Positions 9,183 through 18,090 of a DNA stretch of 64,000 bases are shown here, one piece after another. The notes beneath the pieces are model-generated. The model did no database searches. It was not told the origin of the DNA and saw only the letters and a program-made list of their open reading frames with translations. The stretch is from Candidatus Liptonbacteria bacterium (GTDB lineage Bacteria > Patescibacteriota > Minisyncoccia > UBA6257 > 2-01-FULL-56-20), in the NCBI GenBank assembly GCA_023244895.1, contig JAHFLL010000001.1, forward strand, positions 268,009-332,008, written 5' to 3'. Numbering within the stretch: the stretch's first letter is position 1; each line of letters starts with the position of its first letter. The translations under genes and the position numbers were made by a program.

Positions 9183-9275
9183 ATGACTAAACAAAATATA
9201 AATTTTAATACGAGCGCCGGGCATCACAACCAACTCTTCCGAGAAGAGATTGGTTGTGGTTTTTATTTTTCTTAA
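9183..9275 (+). CDS. Candidate 30-aa leader peptide ORF running through a terminator hairpin
   Basis: ATG...TAA encodes MTKQNINFNTSAGHHNQLFREEIGCGFYFS. No SD, like host genes. Weak evidence. Confidence 0.2.
   Translation: MTKQNINFNTSAGHHNQLFREEIGCGFYFS
9225..9270 (+). terminator. Strong rho-independent terminator
   Basis: Hairpin CACAACCAACTCTTC / GAAGAGATTGGTTGTG followed by TTTTTATTTTT. Confidence 0.65.
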
Positions 9276-9310
9276 TAAGAAACAACACTCATTCTCCTCT
9301 CGGAAGTTCC

Positions 9311-9356
9311 GAGGGGTGTCGGCAAACCGAGCCCCTCACGAGAGGGGCTCTTTGAT
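9311..9356 (+). promoter_or_regulatory. Alternative-hairpin (attenuator-like) element upstream of the GCS2-like gene
   Basis: GAGGGGT (9311-9317), GCCCCTC (9331-9337) and GAGGGGC (9342-9348). The middle segment can pair with either flank. The perfect 9 bp stem GAGCCCCTC/GAGGGGCTC is followed by TTTG. Confidence 0.4.
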
Positions 9357-9382
9357 ATTGGCAGAACAAGAGGGAGGACGAT

Positions 9383-10396
9383 ATGAACGCTAAGGACCTG
9401 GTCCAGTACTTCACGCGCGGACTGAACGGGCTCTATGAGCTCGGAACAACAATCGGGATTGAGGTTGAGACCCAGTTCGTGGATCTGGGTGGTCGTGCCA
9501 TCCGGACGGAAATCGCCCAGCAGATCTTCCGGGGTTTCGTCGCTAGCGGTTGGAGGGTCGTGACGCGCAAGGGCGAGTTGCTGACGGAATTAATCTCTCC
9601 CGGGAATGATAGGTTGCTCTACGAGCTTGGCCGGCACAATTTGGAAATCAGTGCCGCGCCACGTCCCGCCGACGCGGTCGTCCCTGCCGTCCTGCGCTTA
9701 CTGGCGGAACTTTACGGCCAGGCTTGGAACTTGGGCGTTCGTCCGCTTCTTGCTCCGATCTTGGAGACGGAAGAGGACCTCCTGGTCGTGCCGGACGAAC
9801 GGGACGCGCAATGGGTAAGGACAGACGGGCGAAGCGCGCTCAATAATCTAACCAGATGCTCGGCGGTGCAGTTTACTATCGATGTGCCGCTCAAGGACGC
9901 GATACGCTGCGTCAATGTTCTGAACGAGATGAAATACTCCTTCCTGAACGAGTATCCCCAGGAGGAGTTGTGGCGGCGCTATATCAAGGAATCAGCCGCC
10001 ACCTATTCTCCCAGCCGCTACGGCGGTCCGGATCGCTTCGCCGATCTGGATGATTACTGCGCGAAACTGGCCGAGCATGGCGTGGTGCGAGACGGTAGGG
10101 TGGTGCCGTGCGAGTCGGCGGGGGAGGTGGATATCCCGCTCTTCCTGCGTTCAGTCTGGTGGTACTTCAGATTGAAGCGTTATGGTCCGAAGCTTTGCCT
10201 GGAAGTGCGCCCGTTCGCGCGGGGCAGGGATTCGAAAATCCAGGAGGATCTGGATCGGGTGCTGCAAATTCTGGGCATCTCCGGTCGGGAGCGCATGGAG
10301 CGAACGGTCGCCAGCCTTCGGGACAGTCTTGAGACACTGAAGTTCCAGGCGGTCCGCCGGCCCGTGTCTCTCGATTGGCCTTCGGGTGGTCACTAA
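9383..10396 (+). CDS. Carboxylate-amine ligase (GCS2/YbdK-like) family protein, GC-rich island B
   Basis: N-terminal TIGIEVETQFVD resembles the YbdK GIELEMQ motif. About 62% GC. Strong SD GAGGGAGGA 5 nt before the ATG. Confidence 0.4.
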   Translation: MNAKDLVQYFTRGLNGLYELGTTIGIEVETQFVDLGGRAIRTEIAQQIFRGFVASGWRVVTRKGELLTELISPGNDRLLYELGRHNLEISAAPRPADAVVPAVLRLLAELYGQAWNLGVRPLLAPILETEEDLLVVPDERDAQWVRTDGRSALNNLTRCSAVQFTIDVPLKDAIRCVNVLNEMKYSFLNEYPQEELWRRYIKESAATYSPSRYGGPDRFADLDDYCAKLAEHGVVRDGRVVPCESAGEVDIPLFLRSVWWYFRLKRYGPKLCLEVRPFARGRDSKIQEDLDRVLQILGISGRERMERTVASLRDSLETLKFQAVRRPVSLDWPSGGH

Positions 10397-10408
10397 ATCG
10401 CAAAGTAG

Positions 10409-10445
10409 TTGGGGCCGGACATCGTAGTCCGGCCCAATTTTTATA
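10409..10445 (+). terminator. Rho-independent terminator
   Basis: TTGGGGCCGGAC-ATCGTA-GTCCGGCCCAA followed by TTTTT. Confidence 0.65.
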
Positions 10446-10514
10446 TAGAAATAAATCAAAACCACCGTCCATCTGGGCGAAGTCCGTTACTAATGTGTCC
10501 TGTTCTGATCTCCG

Positions 10515-11237
10515 TTAAGATTGTTTCTTGAATGCTTCCACGATCTTGTCTAAATCTCCGTCCAAAATCTTCTCTATGTTATGAAACTTTTTACCGATGC
10601 GGTGGTCCGTAATCCTGTCTTCCGGGAAGTTGTAGGTACGAATCTTTTCGGAGCGGTCTGCACTACCAATTTGCTCGTTACGGTTCAGACCTGATTTTTT
10701 TGCCTCTTCTTCCATTTGAGCTTCGTGCAGCTTGGCCCGCAAAATTGTCATGGCGCGTTCGCGGTTGCCATGCTGGGAGCGTTCTACCCGGGAAGATATT
10801 ACGATGCCAGACGGTTTGTGAAGCACGCGTACCGCGCTTTCAATTTTATTCACATTCTGTCCGCCCGGCCCGCCTCCACGCGAGAAAGTTACTTCCAGAT
10901 CGCCTTCGTTTATTTGGACCTCTTTGGCTTCTACCTCCGGCATAATCGCGACGGATGCGGTAGAGGTGTGTACCCGGCCGGCTTTCTCGGTCTTAGGCAC
11001 TCTTTGTACGCGGTGCACGCCGGACTCCTGTTTTAGAGCGTCGTAGCAACCCTCGCCGGATATACCTGCCACAAAAGATTTATATCCGTATAAGGAAGTT
11101 TCGTTACTGTCTATTATGCTAAAGCCCCAGCCGCGCCTTTGGGCATACCTTTGATACATGCGCGCCAAGTCGCCCGCGAAGATGGCGGCTTCGTCTCCGC
11201 CCGCACCGGCTCTGATTTCTAAAATAATCTTATTCAT
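10515..11237 (-). CDS. prfA: Class I peptide chain release factor (RF1-like) lacking N-terminal domain 1
   Basis: GGQ motif SRGGGPGGQNVNK, RVQRVPKTEKAGRVHTS and an RF1-like C-terminus. The protein starts at RF1 domain 2 (ILEIRAGAGGDEA). An in-frame TAA sits 2 codons upstream of the ATG. Confidence 0.75.
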   Translation of the reverse strand: MNKIILEIRAGAGGDEAAIFAGDLARMYQRYAQRRGWGFSIIDSNETSLYGYKSFVAGISGEGCYDALKQESGVHRVQRVPKTEKAGRVHTSTASVAIMPEVEAKEVQINEGDLEVTFSRGGGPGGQNVNKIESAVRVLHKPSGIVISSRVERSQHGNRERAMTILRAKLHEAQMEEEAKKSGLNRNEQIGSADRSEKIRTYNFPEDRITDHRIGKKFHNIEKILDGDLDKIVEAFKKQS

Positions 11238-11246
11238 AGATGTTTA

Positions 11247-11276
11247 TGCAGAGATTCTAACAGAAGGAGTCGGGAG
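11247..11276 (-). promoter_or_regulatory. sigma70-like promoter TTGAAT-17-TAGAAT for the RF gene
   Basis: Minus-strand TTGAATctcccgactccttctgtTAGAAT, followed by a 16 nt leader before the ATG. Confidence 0.5.
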
Positions 11277-11285
11277 ATTCAATCT

Positions 11286-11314
11286 GATTGACTCGTTTTT
11301 GTCTCGGAGGCATA
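11286..11314 (+). promoter_or_regulatory. Divergent promoter TTGACT-17-CATACT for the island C small peptide gene
   Basis: ttgactcgtttttgtctcggaggcatact, back-to-back with the RF promoter. Confidence 0.45.
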
Positions 11315-11337
11315 CTCTTTGTCAGGAGGGCAGGGCG

Positions 11338-11484
11338 ATGATACCTCACCCGGCGGTAGTATTCGGGCTTGATGCTGTTACGGTGCGACAGTTGATCGTG
11401 GCCGGCATCGCGGTCTGCGTCGTGTCCGTCGCCCTCGGAGTCGCGGGCGCGGCCGGACTCGTCTACCTCGTTTCTTTGATCTAG
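11338..11484 (+). CDS. 48-aa hydrophobic (single-TM) peptide, GC-rich island C
   Basis: Peptide MIPHPAVVFGLDAVTVRQLIVAGIAVCVVSVALGVAGAAGLVYLVSLI. SD CAGGAGGG 8 nt upstream. Confidence 0.4.
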   Translation: MIPHPAVVFGLDAVTVRQLIVAGIAVCVVSVALGVAGAAGLVYLVSLI

Positions 11485-11866
11485 AGCTCGGACAGGCGCG
11501 CATGGGGTATCCTACGCGCCACGGGATGTGTGTCCCATCCGGGGCGGGGATGCTCTGGTCGTGCTGTTCAGTGTTGCCTCTGGGTAAGCGGCATGCTTTG
11601 CCGCTCGGTCTTTGGGCAACATTGCTCAGTTGCGGACGACTGGAGCATCTCCGTGTTTTCACAAGTCTTGATTCGGTGGGCGGTCTTGCTACTGGCAGGC
11701 ATCACCGCTTGAGGCGTGTGACCTCAGCCGAATCATGGGGCGCGGTCTGGTGGATTACCCAGGCTAGGCAGGCGGGGCAATGAAGCCAGCCGCGCCCTCT
11801 CATAGCGACCTCCGGAACCTACGGGAACCGGGGGTTTTGACTTATTTAGGGTCATATTCCAGCCAC

Positions 11867-11894
11867 TTGACATGGGCTGTGGATATGCTATAAT
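11867..11894 (+). promoter_or_regulatory. Consensus sigma70 promoter TTGACA-16-TATAAT
   Basis: ttgacatgggctgtggatatgcTATAAT, a perfect match to both hexamers. Confidence 0.6.
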
Positions 11895-11900
11895 GCATCT

Positions 11901-12500
11901 CAAGTGGGCGAGTGGGGATTCTTGGTCGGCGTCGGCTCTACGGAGCTACTGGCCACCTTCCCTCCCGAGCCTGCGGCGCTTTCGCCGCGTCGACTCGAGC
12001 GAGCGGGGGATTTCTTGGGCAGATTCGTCTGACCCACCCCCTCGTCCACAACCCTGCCGGCGGGTTCCACCGGTAATCGTTCTTGCGGGGCACAGCGCCG
12101 TCGGCACCGCGCACCGCCCCAAGACCATACGGGCCTGACCACATGGCCCACATTGGAAGGGAGGAAGAAAGTTCCGAAACCGAGACGTAGACGTTTGTGG
12201 AGGAGGGAAGACCAAATCTACAGATGGGTCTCGGGATGGCTGATCCCCATCCGGACGCGCTTCAAGGGATAAAATCCTAGGGCTAATAACCCGAAGCGTG
12301 AAAGTAGGATCGCAGGTAAGTAGGCGACCCAAAGCAGGGCGCCACCAACGGAGGTAACCACTCGGGAGTTCGCACGACCTTCGGGCCGGCGACGAGACGA
12401 CGGGGCACGCGCGACACGCATCCGCCCCAAACCCGAGAGAGCGATACTTCCAATCGGCGCCCTGCTATAGTCAACGGCCCCAGAGCATCAAAGCTCGGGG
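11901..12500 (+). ncRNA. Candidate GC-rich structured non-coding RNA of unknown family (about 600 nt)
   Basis: Lies downstream of the consensus promoter. No plausible ORF on either strand, only overlapping Arg/Pro-rich artefacts. The 5' GGGGAUUCUUGGUCGGCGUCGG loosely resembles a tmRNA 5' end, but no tag ORF or T-arm was found. Confidence 0.25.
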
Positions 12501-12581
12501 TCGTTTGCGTTTTGGGGATATGGTTCGCCCTCCCTTTCCTTTCCTGCTAGAATAACTTTTACTGGAAGATATAAATAAGCC

Positions 12582-13082
12582 ATGTTGCATAAACGCCCGG
12601 GCGACAAAAATGTTTATTTAAAAGTGGGCGCCTTAGTTCAAAAAAGAGGCGAGCTTTTACTAATCAAGGAGCGGAGTAATTGGAAAAAGAAATATCTTTG
12701 GAACACCATCAAGGGTAGTTTCGAGGGGGGAAAAGACAAAACCATAATGGCCGCGGTAGCACGGGAAGCCTGGGAAGAGGCGCGGGTTAAGATAAAAATC
12801 ACCCATCTCCAAAGCGTGAGTCATGCATATCAATATCAGAAAACTTTTATTCAATTCAATTTTGTGGCGGAACTTGTAAGTGGTGACGCAAGACTGCCGC
12901 TTCCAAAAGAGCAGCGTCTTTTAGATGAAGACATAGTTGAGGTGCGCTGGTTTAGTAGAAAGGAGGTTCAGAAACTGAAGGCCAGGGACATGATTAATAA
13001 CCGTGCCTGGGTTGCGGTTCAGGATTGGCTGGCTGGCAAGAGATTTCCCTTGGTCGCCATCCGAGAGTTGAATAAGCTTTAA
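12582..13082 (+). CDS. NUDIX-like hydrolase
   Basis: Degenerate Nudix box GSFEGGKDKTIMAAVAREAWEEARV. Confidence 0.45.
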   Translation: MLHKRPGDKNVYLKVGALVQKRGELLLIKERSNWKKKYLWNTIKGSFEGGKDKTIMAAVAREAWEEARVKIKITHLQSVSHAYQYQKTFIQFNFVAELVSGDARLPLPKEQRLLDEDIVEVRWFSRKEVQKLKARDMINNRAWVAVQDWLAGKRFPLVAIRELNKL

Positions 13083-13083
13083 G

Positions 13084-14079
13084 ATGAAGAGCCCTTTAGT
13101 CAGCAGAATTTTAAAGAAGCTCGCCAAGCGGGCGGGCGTAAAAGTTAATCTGGAGCCGAACTGGGGTTTCGTTGGCCAGGTGGTTTTACCAGATGGTAGG
13201 AAAAGATATTTTAGAAATACTAGTTTAGATTTGAATCCGCTGGGCGCGTCGGAAGTTGCAAGAGATAAAGACTACTCCAATTATTTCATGGGTAAGATGG
13301 GCTACCCCATTGTACCCGGGAAATCTTTCTTTTCGGATAAGTTGTCTACCGCCTTAAAATCTAAACGAAATATAGATGCGGGCTGGCGTTACGCTCAAAA
13401 AATAGGTTTGCCGGTTATCGTAAAGCCAAACAGCCGCAGTCAGGGCGTGGGCGTGAGTAAGGTTTCAAACAAAAAAGATTTTTACGCCGCTGCTAAGTTT
13501 GTTTTTAAAAAAGACAACGTGATGCTGGTGCAGCGCGCGCTTACGGGCAAGGATTATCGCATCGTGGTTTTAGATAAGGAAGTCATCTCCGCTTACGAGC
13601 GCCTGCCGCTTACGGTTGTGGGGGACGGCAAAAGTAGTATTTCTAAACTACTGGGCTTGCTACAAAAGAAATTTACGAGGGAGGGGAGAGACACCATGAT
13701 TAATCCGGAAGATTTTCGGATTAAGGCCAAGCTTCGGAGGCAGGGGCTAAAAATGAATTTTGTACCCAAGAAAAATGAGAAAATAACTTTATTGGACAAT
13801 GCCAACCTATCGGCTGGGGGCATGGCGCTCGATGTCACCGAAATTATTCATCCGGGTTTTAAGAAAATTGCGATTAAGCTCACCCGGGATATGGGCCTGC
13901 GCTATTGCGGAGTGGATTTGATGGTGGTGGGTGACATAGCTAAAGCTCCTCTAAAATACTGGGTGCTGGAGATAAACGCGGCAGCAGGATTGGATCACTA
14001 TGTTTCTTTGGGTAAAAAACAAGCTCGCATTGTGAATGACCTGTATCTCAAAGTATTGCGCGCGATGAAAAAATCCTAA
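13084..14079 (+). CDS. ATP-grasp family ligase (RimK/GshB/cyanophycin-synthetase-like)
   Basis: Motifs NLSAGG, VIVKPNSRSQGVGV and DYRIVVLD, typical of the ATP-grasp fold. Confidence 0.55.
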   Translation: MKSPLVSRILKKLAKRAGVKVNLEPNWGFVGQVVLPDGRKRYFRNTSLDLNPLGASEVARDKDYSNYFMGKMGYPIVPGKSFFSDKLSTALKSKRNIDAGWRYAQKIGLPVIVKPNSRSQGVGVSKVSNKKDFYAAAKFVFKKDNVMLVQRALTGKDYRIVVLDKEVISAYERLPLTVVGDGKSSISKLLGLLQKKFTREGRDTMINPEDFRIKAKLRRQGLKMNFVPKKNEKITLLDNANLSAGGMALDVTEIIHPGFKKIAIKLTRDMGLRYCGVDLMVVGDIAKAPLKYWVLEINAAAGLDHYVSLGKKQARIVNDLYLKVLRAMKKS

Positions 14080-14086
14080 ACAAATC

Positions 14087-14111
14087 AAAAACCGCCTTAA
14101 GGCGGTTTTTG
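14087..14111. terminator. Bidirectional terminator
   Basis: AAAAACCGCCTTAAGGCGGTTTTT. Confidence 0.7.
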
Positions 14112-14119
14112 AGTAGAAG

Positions 14120-14374
14120 CTACTTAGAAGCTTTCTTGGCGCGCACCTTCTTGGTCTTCTTGGGCGCGGTAGAAGCGCTCGCTCGGCGAGCCTTAAACTT
14201 CTCAACTCTTCCGGCGGTATCAATAAGCTTGTTCTCGCCAGTGTAGAAAGGATGGCAATTACTGCATATTTCCACGCGTATCTCTTCTTTAGTGGCTCCG
14301 GTTGTGACCGTGTGGCCGCAAGCGCAGATTAGCTTTGCTTTAGGAAAATATTTAGGATGAATTTCGTTTTTCAT
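14120..14374 (-). CDS. rpmE: 50S ribosomal protein L31
   Basis: Motifs IHPKY, C..C...C..H and [15 protein letters not shown]. Confidence 0.85.
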   Translation of the reverse strand: MKNEIHPKYFPKAKLICACGHTVTTGATKEEIRVEICSNCHPFYTGENKLIDTAGRVEKFKARRASASTAPKKTKKVRAKKASK

Positions 14375-14474
14375 AACGGGAGGATTTTCGCTGATTTTTG
14401 GTGAAAAGTCAAATCGGGCTGGCTTAAATAAAACATCTCCGCGCCGGACCCCCTATGGGTGCGGCGCGGTTGGG

Positions 14475-14726
14475 CTACTGGATCGCGCTCAGGATGGCAT
14501 CCAGGTCGACTGGCCGCATAGAGAGCAGATCGTTGCACGTGGGGTGGGTCCGATGGGCGTTTGCCGCGCACTCAATGCGGACCCCGACCGCGCCCGCCAT
14601 AACCCGGGTGCCGTCCTTCCTGATGAGGTAGACGGCAGTTTCGTCGCCGTCTATCCCGACGACGAGAGCTGCGACTGGGCCACCAGCCACGGCCTCCACA
14701 TCCGTACGACTCACGGTCATGTCCAT
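14475..14726 (-). CDS. 83-aa hypothetical protein, GC-rich island D
   Basis: SD AGGAGG 6 nt upstream. Own promoter-like TTGATT-17-TAATCT. Terminator hairpin CCGCGCCG...CGGCGCGG plus U-run. Confidence 0.4.
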   Translation of the reverse strand: MDMTVSRTDVEAVAGGPVAALVVGIDGDETAVYLIRKDGTRVMAGAVGVRIECAANAHRTHPTCNDLLSMRPVDLDAILSAIQ

Positions 14727-14881
14727 CTGGGCCTCCTGCTGGCTACAGATTAGAATCTAGAGTTCTTTAAATCAATAAAAAATTGTCCCCAAAAGGTTTG
14801 TAAAAATTCAGAACGGCTCCGGGCGCTTGTGCGCGGAGCCGTCTTGGCTTACTGAGCCCGGTCACCCCCATCCAGGTTGTC

Positions 14882-15055
14882 CTATGGCCTTGCGAGCCTT
14901 AGGAACCCCCTGATCAGTTCCTGTACCACATCGTTGCAGAGGTACAGGAACAGGCCACCGATCAGGCAGATCACGAGAATGGCTGCCGCAACCGTGAGGT
15001 GCTTGGCGGTGCGGGTTATCGTTATTCTGTCTTCGTCCGACATGTGCACGGACAT
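14882..15055 (-). CDS. 57-aa single-TM small protein, GC-rich island D (below the 60 aa ORF cutoff)
   Basis: Peptide MSVHMSDEDRITITRTAKHLTVAAAILVICLIGGLFLYLCNDVVQELIRGFLRLARP. SD GGAGGG 4-5 nt upstream. Promoter-like TTGACG-17-CATAAT. Terminator hairpin plus U-run. Confidence 0.4.
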   Translation of the reverse strand: MSVHMSDEDRITITRTAKHLTVAAAILVICLIGGLFLYLCNDVVQELIRGFLRLARP

Positions 15056-15146
15056 GCAACCCTCCTGCTGATTGAAGATTATGTTGAAATTTAGGCATGC
15101 GTCAAATAGGGGCCTAAAAGCCCTTTCACTCAGGGCGTAATCAGAC

Positions 15147-15175
15147 TTGACTTTGGGGTTCGGTCCGTCTAGAAT
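15147..15175 (+). promoter_or_regulatory. 16S rRNA promoter TTGACT-17-TAGAAT
   Basis: ttgactttggggttcggtccgtctagaat, about 300 nt upstream of the 16S 5' end. Confidence 0.6.
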
Positions 15176-15471
15176 ATACCTCGCGTCTGATATGGGCGGT
15201 CCCTGCTGAACCGACAGCTTTTTGATAATTGAGACCCGTCATCTTTCGACAATTCAAGATGATCCATCTTGAACGGAGTCGAAAGATAAAAACAATAAAT
15301 CAGAAATAAGAGTTTTCTAGTTGTCCCAATGACAAACCCGATGAATGTACTTTACAGACATCGGTTCCGATCACGGTTTTTCACGCAAGTGAACTTTGCG
15401 AATTTGCATGGTTACTCCATTTGCAAATTCGCGTAGTCATTTTATCTTCGGATAAAATGGGTCGCGATCTT

Positions 15472-17009
<1,538 letters not shown>

Positions 17010-17111
17010 GTCGAATATTTTTCTTTTGAAAAATATGGTGCGTAAGCATTTCAGTCATTTGGGCAGCTAGAAAACTCTGATTTAAAAAGGGACCGATTGG
17101 TCCGTGGAAAG

Positions 17112-17137
17112 TAGGCCTGGTCAAAGGCCTATTTTCT
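17112..17137 (+). terminator. Terminator after 16S
   Basis: TAGGCC-TGGTCAAA-GGCCTA followed by TTTTCT. Confidence 0.45.
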
Positions 17138-17156
17138 ATGCTACAATCAATAAACT

Positions 17157-17558
17157 ATGGAACCAGCCAAAGTGTTAATTATTGAAGACGACCACTTCTT
17201 ATCCTCTATTTTAAAGAGCAAATTAGAGAAGGAGGGGTTTGAGGTTCACCAGGCTTTTGATGGAGATGAGGGCTTGGCTATACTCCAGACTTTCAAGCCG
17301 AATCTGATTCTGCTGGATTTGATTATGCCGAAATTGTCCGGCTTTGATGTTTTGCAGCAAGTTTCGGTTGACCCGGAGCTTAGTCAGATACCAATAATGG
17401 TCGCGTCCAACTTAGGGCAGGACAGCGACATCCAGAAGGCAAAATCACTGGGCGCGATAGATTATTACGTGAAAGTGCGCACCTCTATTGACGAACTGGC
17501 TCAATTAGTGAAAAATGTGATAAACCAAAACGCAGCCAGTCAACCGAATCAAACTTAA
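17157..17558 (+). CDS. Single-domain response regulator (CheY-like receiver)
   Basis: Motifs KVLIIEDD, LLDLIMPKLSG and a conserved K. A -10 TACAAT sits 9 nt before the ATG. Confidence 0.75.
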   Translation: MEPAKVLIIEDDHFLSSILKSKLEKEGFEVHQAFDGDEGLAILQTFKPNLILLDLIMPKLSGFDVLQQVSVDPELSQIPIMVASNLGQDSDIQKAKSLGAIDYYVKVRTSIDELAQLVKNVINQNAASQPNQT

Positions 17559-17562
17559 AACT

Positions 17563-17871
17563 ATGATAAAAGAAGAAATTTTGCAGAAAATAAAACCGGG
17601 CGCCAAAGTTAAGGTTTGGGAAGGCGCGGCCACCGCTCCTTTTCAGGGCTTGGTTATCGCGCGCAAGCATGGCTCCGAAAAAGGAGCGACCTTCACGGTG
17701 CGCACAGTGCTCGCCGGCGTAGGCGTGGAAAAAGTTTATCCCATAAATACTCCTATTATTAGTAAGGTGGATATCGTCTCCAGCCCCAAGAAGATTCATC
17801 GTTCCAAGTTGTACTTCGTGCGCAAGGCTTCCGGCGCTAAAGTGAGAAGGAAGTTGGGAGTATCTGTTTAG
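17563..17871 (+). CDS. rplS: 50S ribosomal protein L19
   Basis: Motifs PGAKVKVWEG, TFTVR, GVGVEKVYPINTP and KLYFVR. Confidence 0.85.
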   Translation: MIKEEILQKIKPGAKVKVWEGAATAPFQGLVIARKHGSEKGATFTVRTVLAGVGVEKVYPINTPIISKVDIVSSPKKIHRSKLYFVRKASGAKVRRKLGVSV

Positions 17872-17916
17872 GATATAGGACTTAGTCTTTAGAACTTAGA
17901 AACGTATGAAATACAC

Positions 17917-17947
17917 AAACCCCGCCCGAGCGGGGTTTGTGGTTTGA
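17917..17947 (+). terminator. Rho-independent terminator after rplS
   Basis: AAACCCCGCCCGAGCGGGGTTTGTGGTTTG. Confidence 0.7.
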
Positions 17948-17984
17948 AAAACATTGATAGCTAGCTTATAATCCCGAACGTAAC

Positions 17985-18067
17985 GCGCGGGTGGCGAAAT
18001 GGCAGACGCACTACCTTGAGGTGGTAGCGCTCGTAAGGGCGTGGAGGTTCGAATCCTCTCCCGCGCA
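17985..18067 (+). tRNA. tRNA-Leu (anticodon GAG), type II with a long variable arm
   Basis: Acceptor GCGCGGG/CCCGCGC, anticodon loop TTGAGGT, T-arm GGAGGTTCGAATCCTCT. Confidence 0.85.
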
Positions 18068-18090
18068 CAATCTAATAAATAGTCACAACC

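Larger units (their letters stand above)
11265..12540. other. GC-rich island C, carries a TM peptide gene and a promoter-driven ncRNA candidate
   Basis: About 65% GC, overlapping spurious ORFs on all frames, canonical promoters and SD. Confidence 0.5.
14420..15100. other. GC-rich island D, two small minus-strand transcription units
   Basis: Each unit has promoter, SD, ORF and terminator. Sits between the rpmE promoter and the 16S promoter. Confidence 0.5.

Noticed and set aside
8840-9233. Minus-strand ORFs 8840..9181 and 9003..9233 (S/L/F/P-rich)
   Set aside because: They are antisense translations of the polypurine tract, with low-complexity composition and no start context.
11378-12474. 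Multiple overlapping Arg/Pro-rich ORFs on both strands in island C
   Set aside because: They are typical spurious ORFs of high-GC non-coding sequence, with no SD/start context or domain signal.
11901-12500. tmRNA identity for the island C transcript
   Set aside because: Only the 5' end loosely resembles tmRNA. No resume codon, tag ORF ending in a double stop, or T-arm/CCA-proximal structure was found, so it is left as an unclassified ncRNA candidate.
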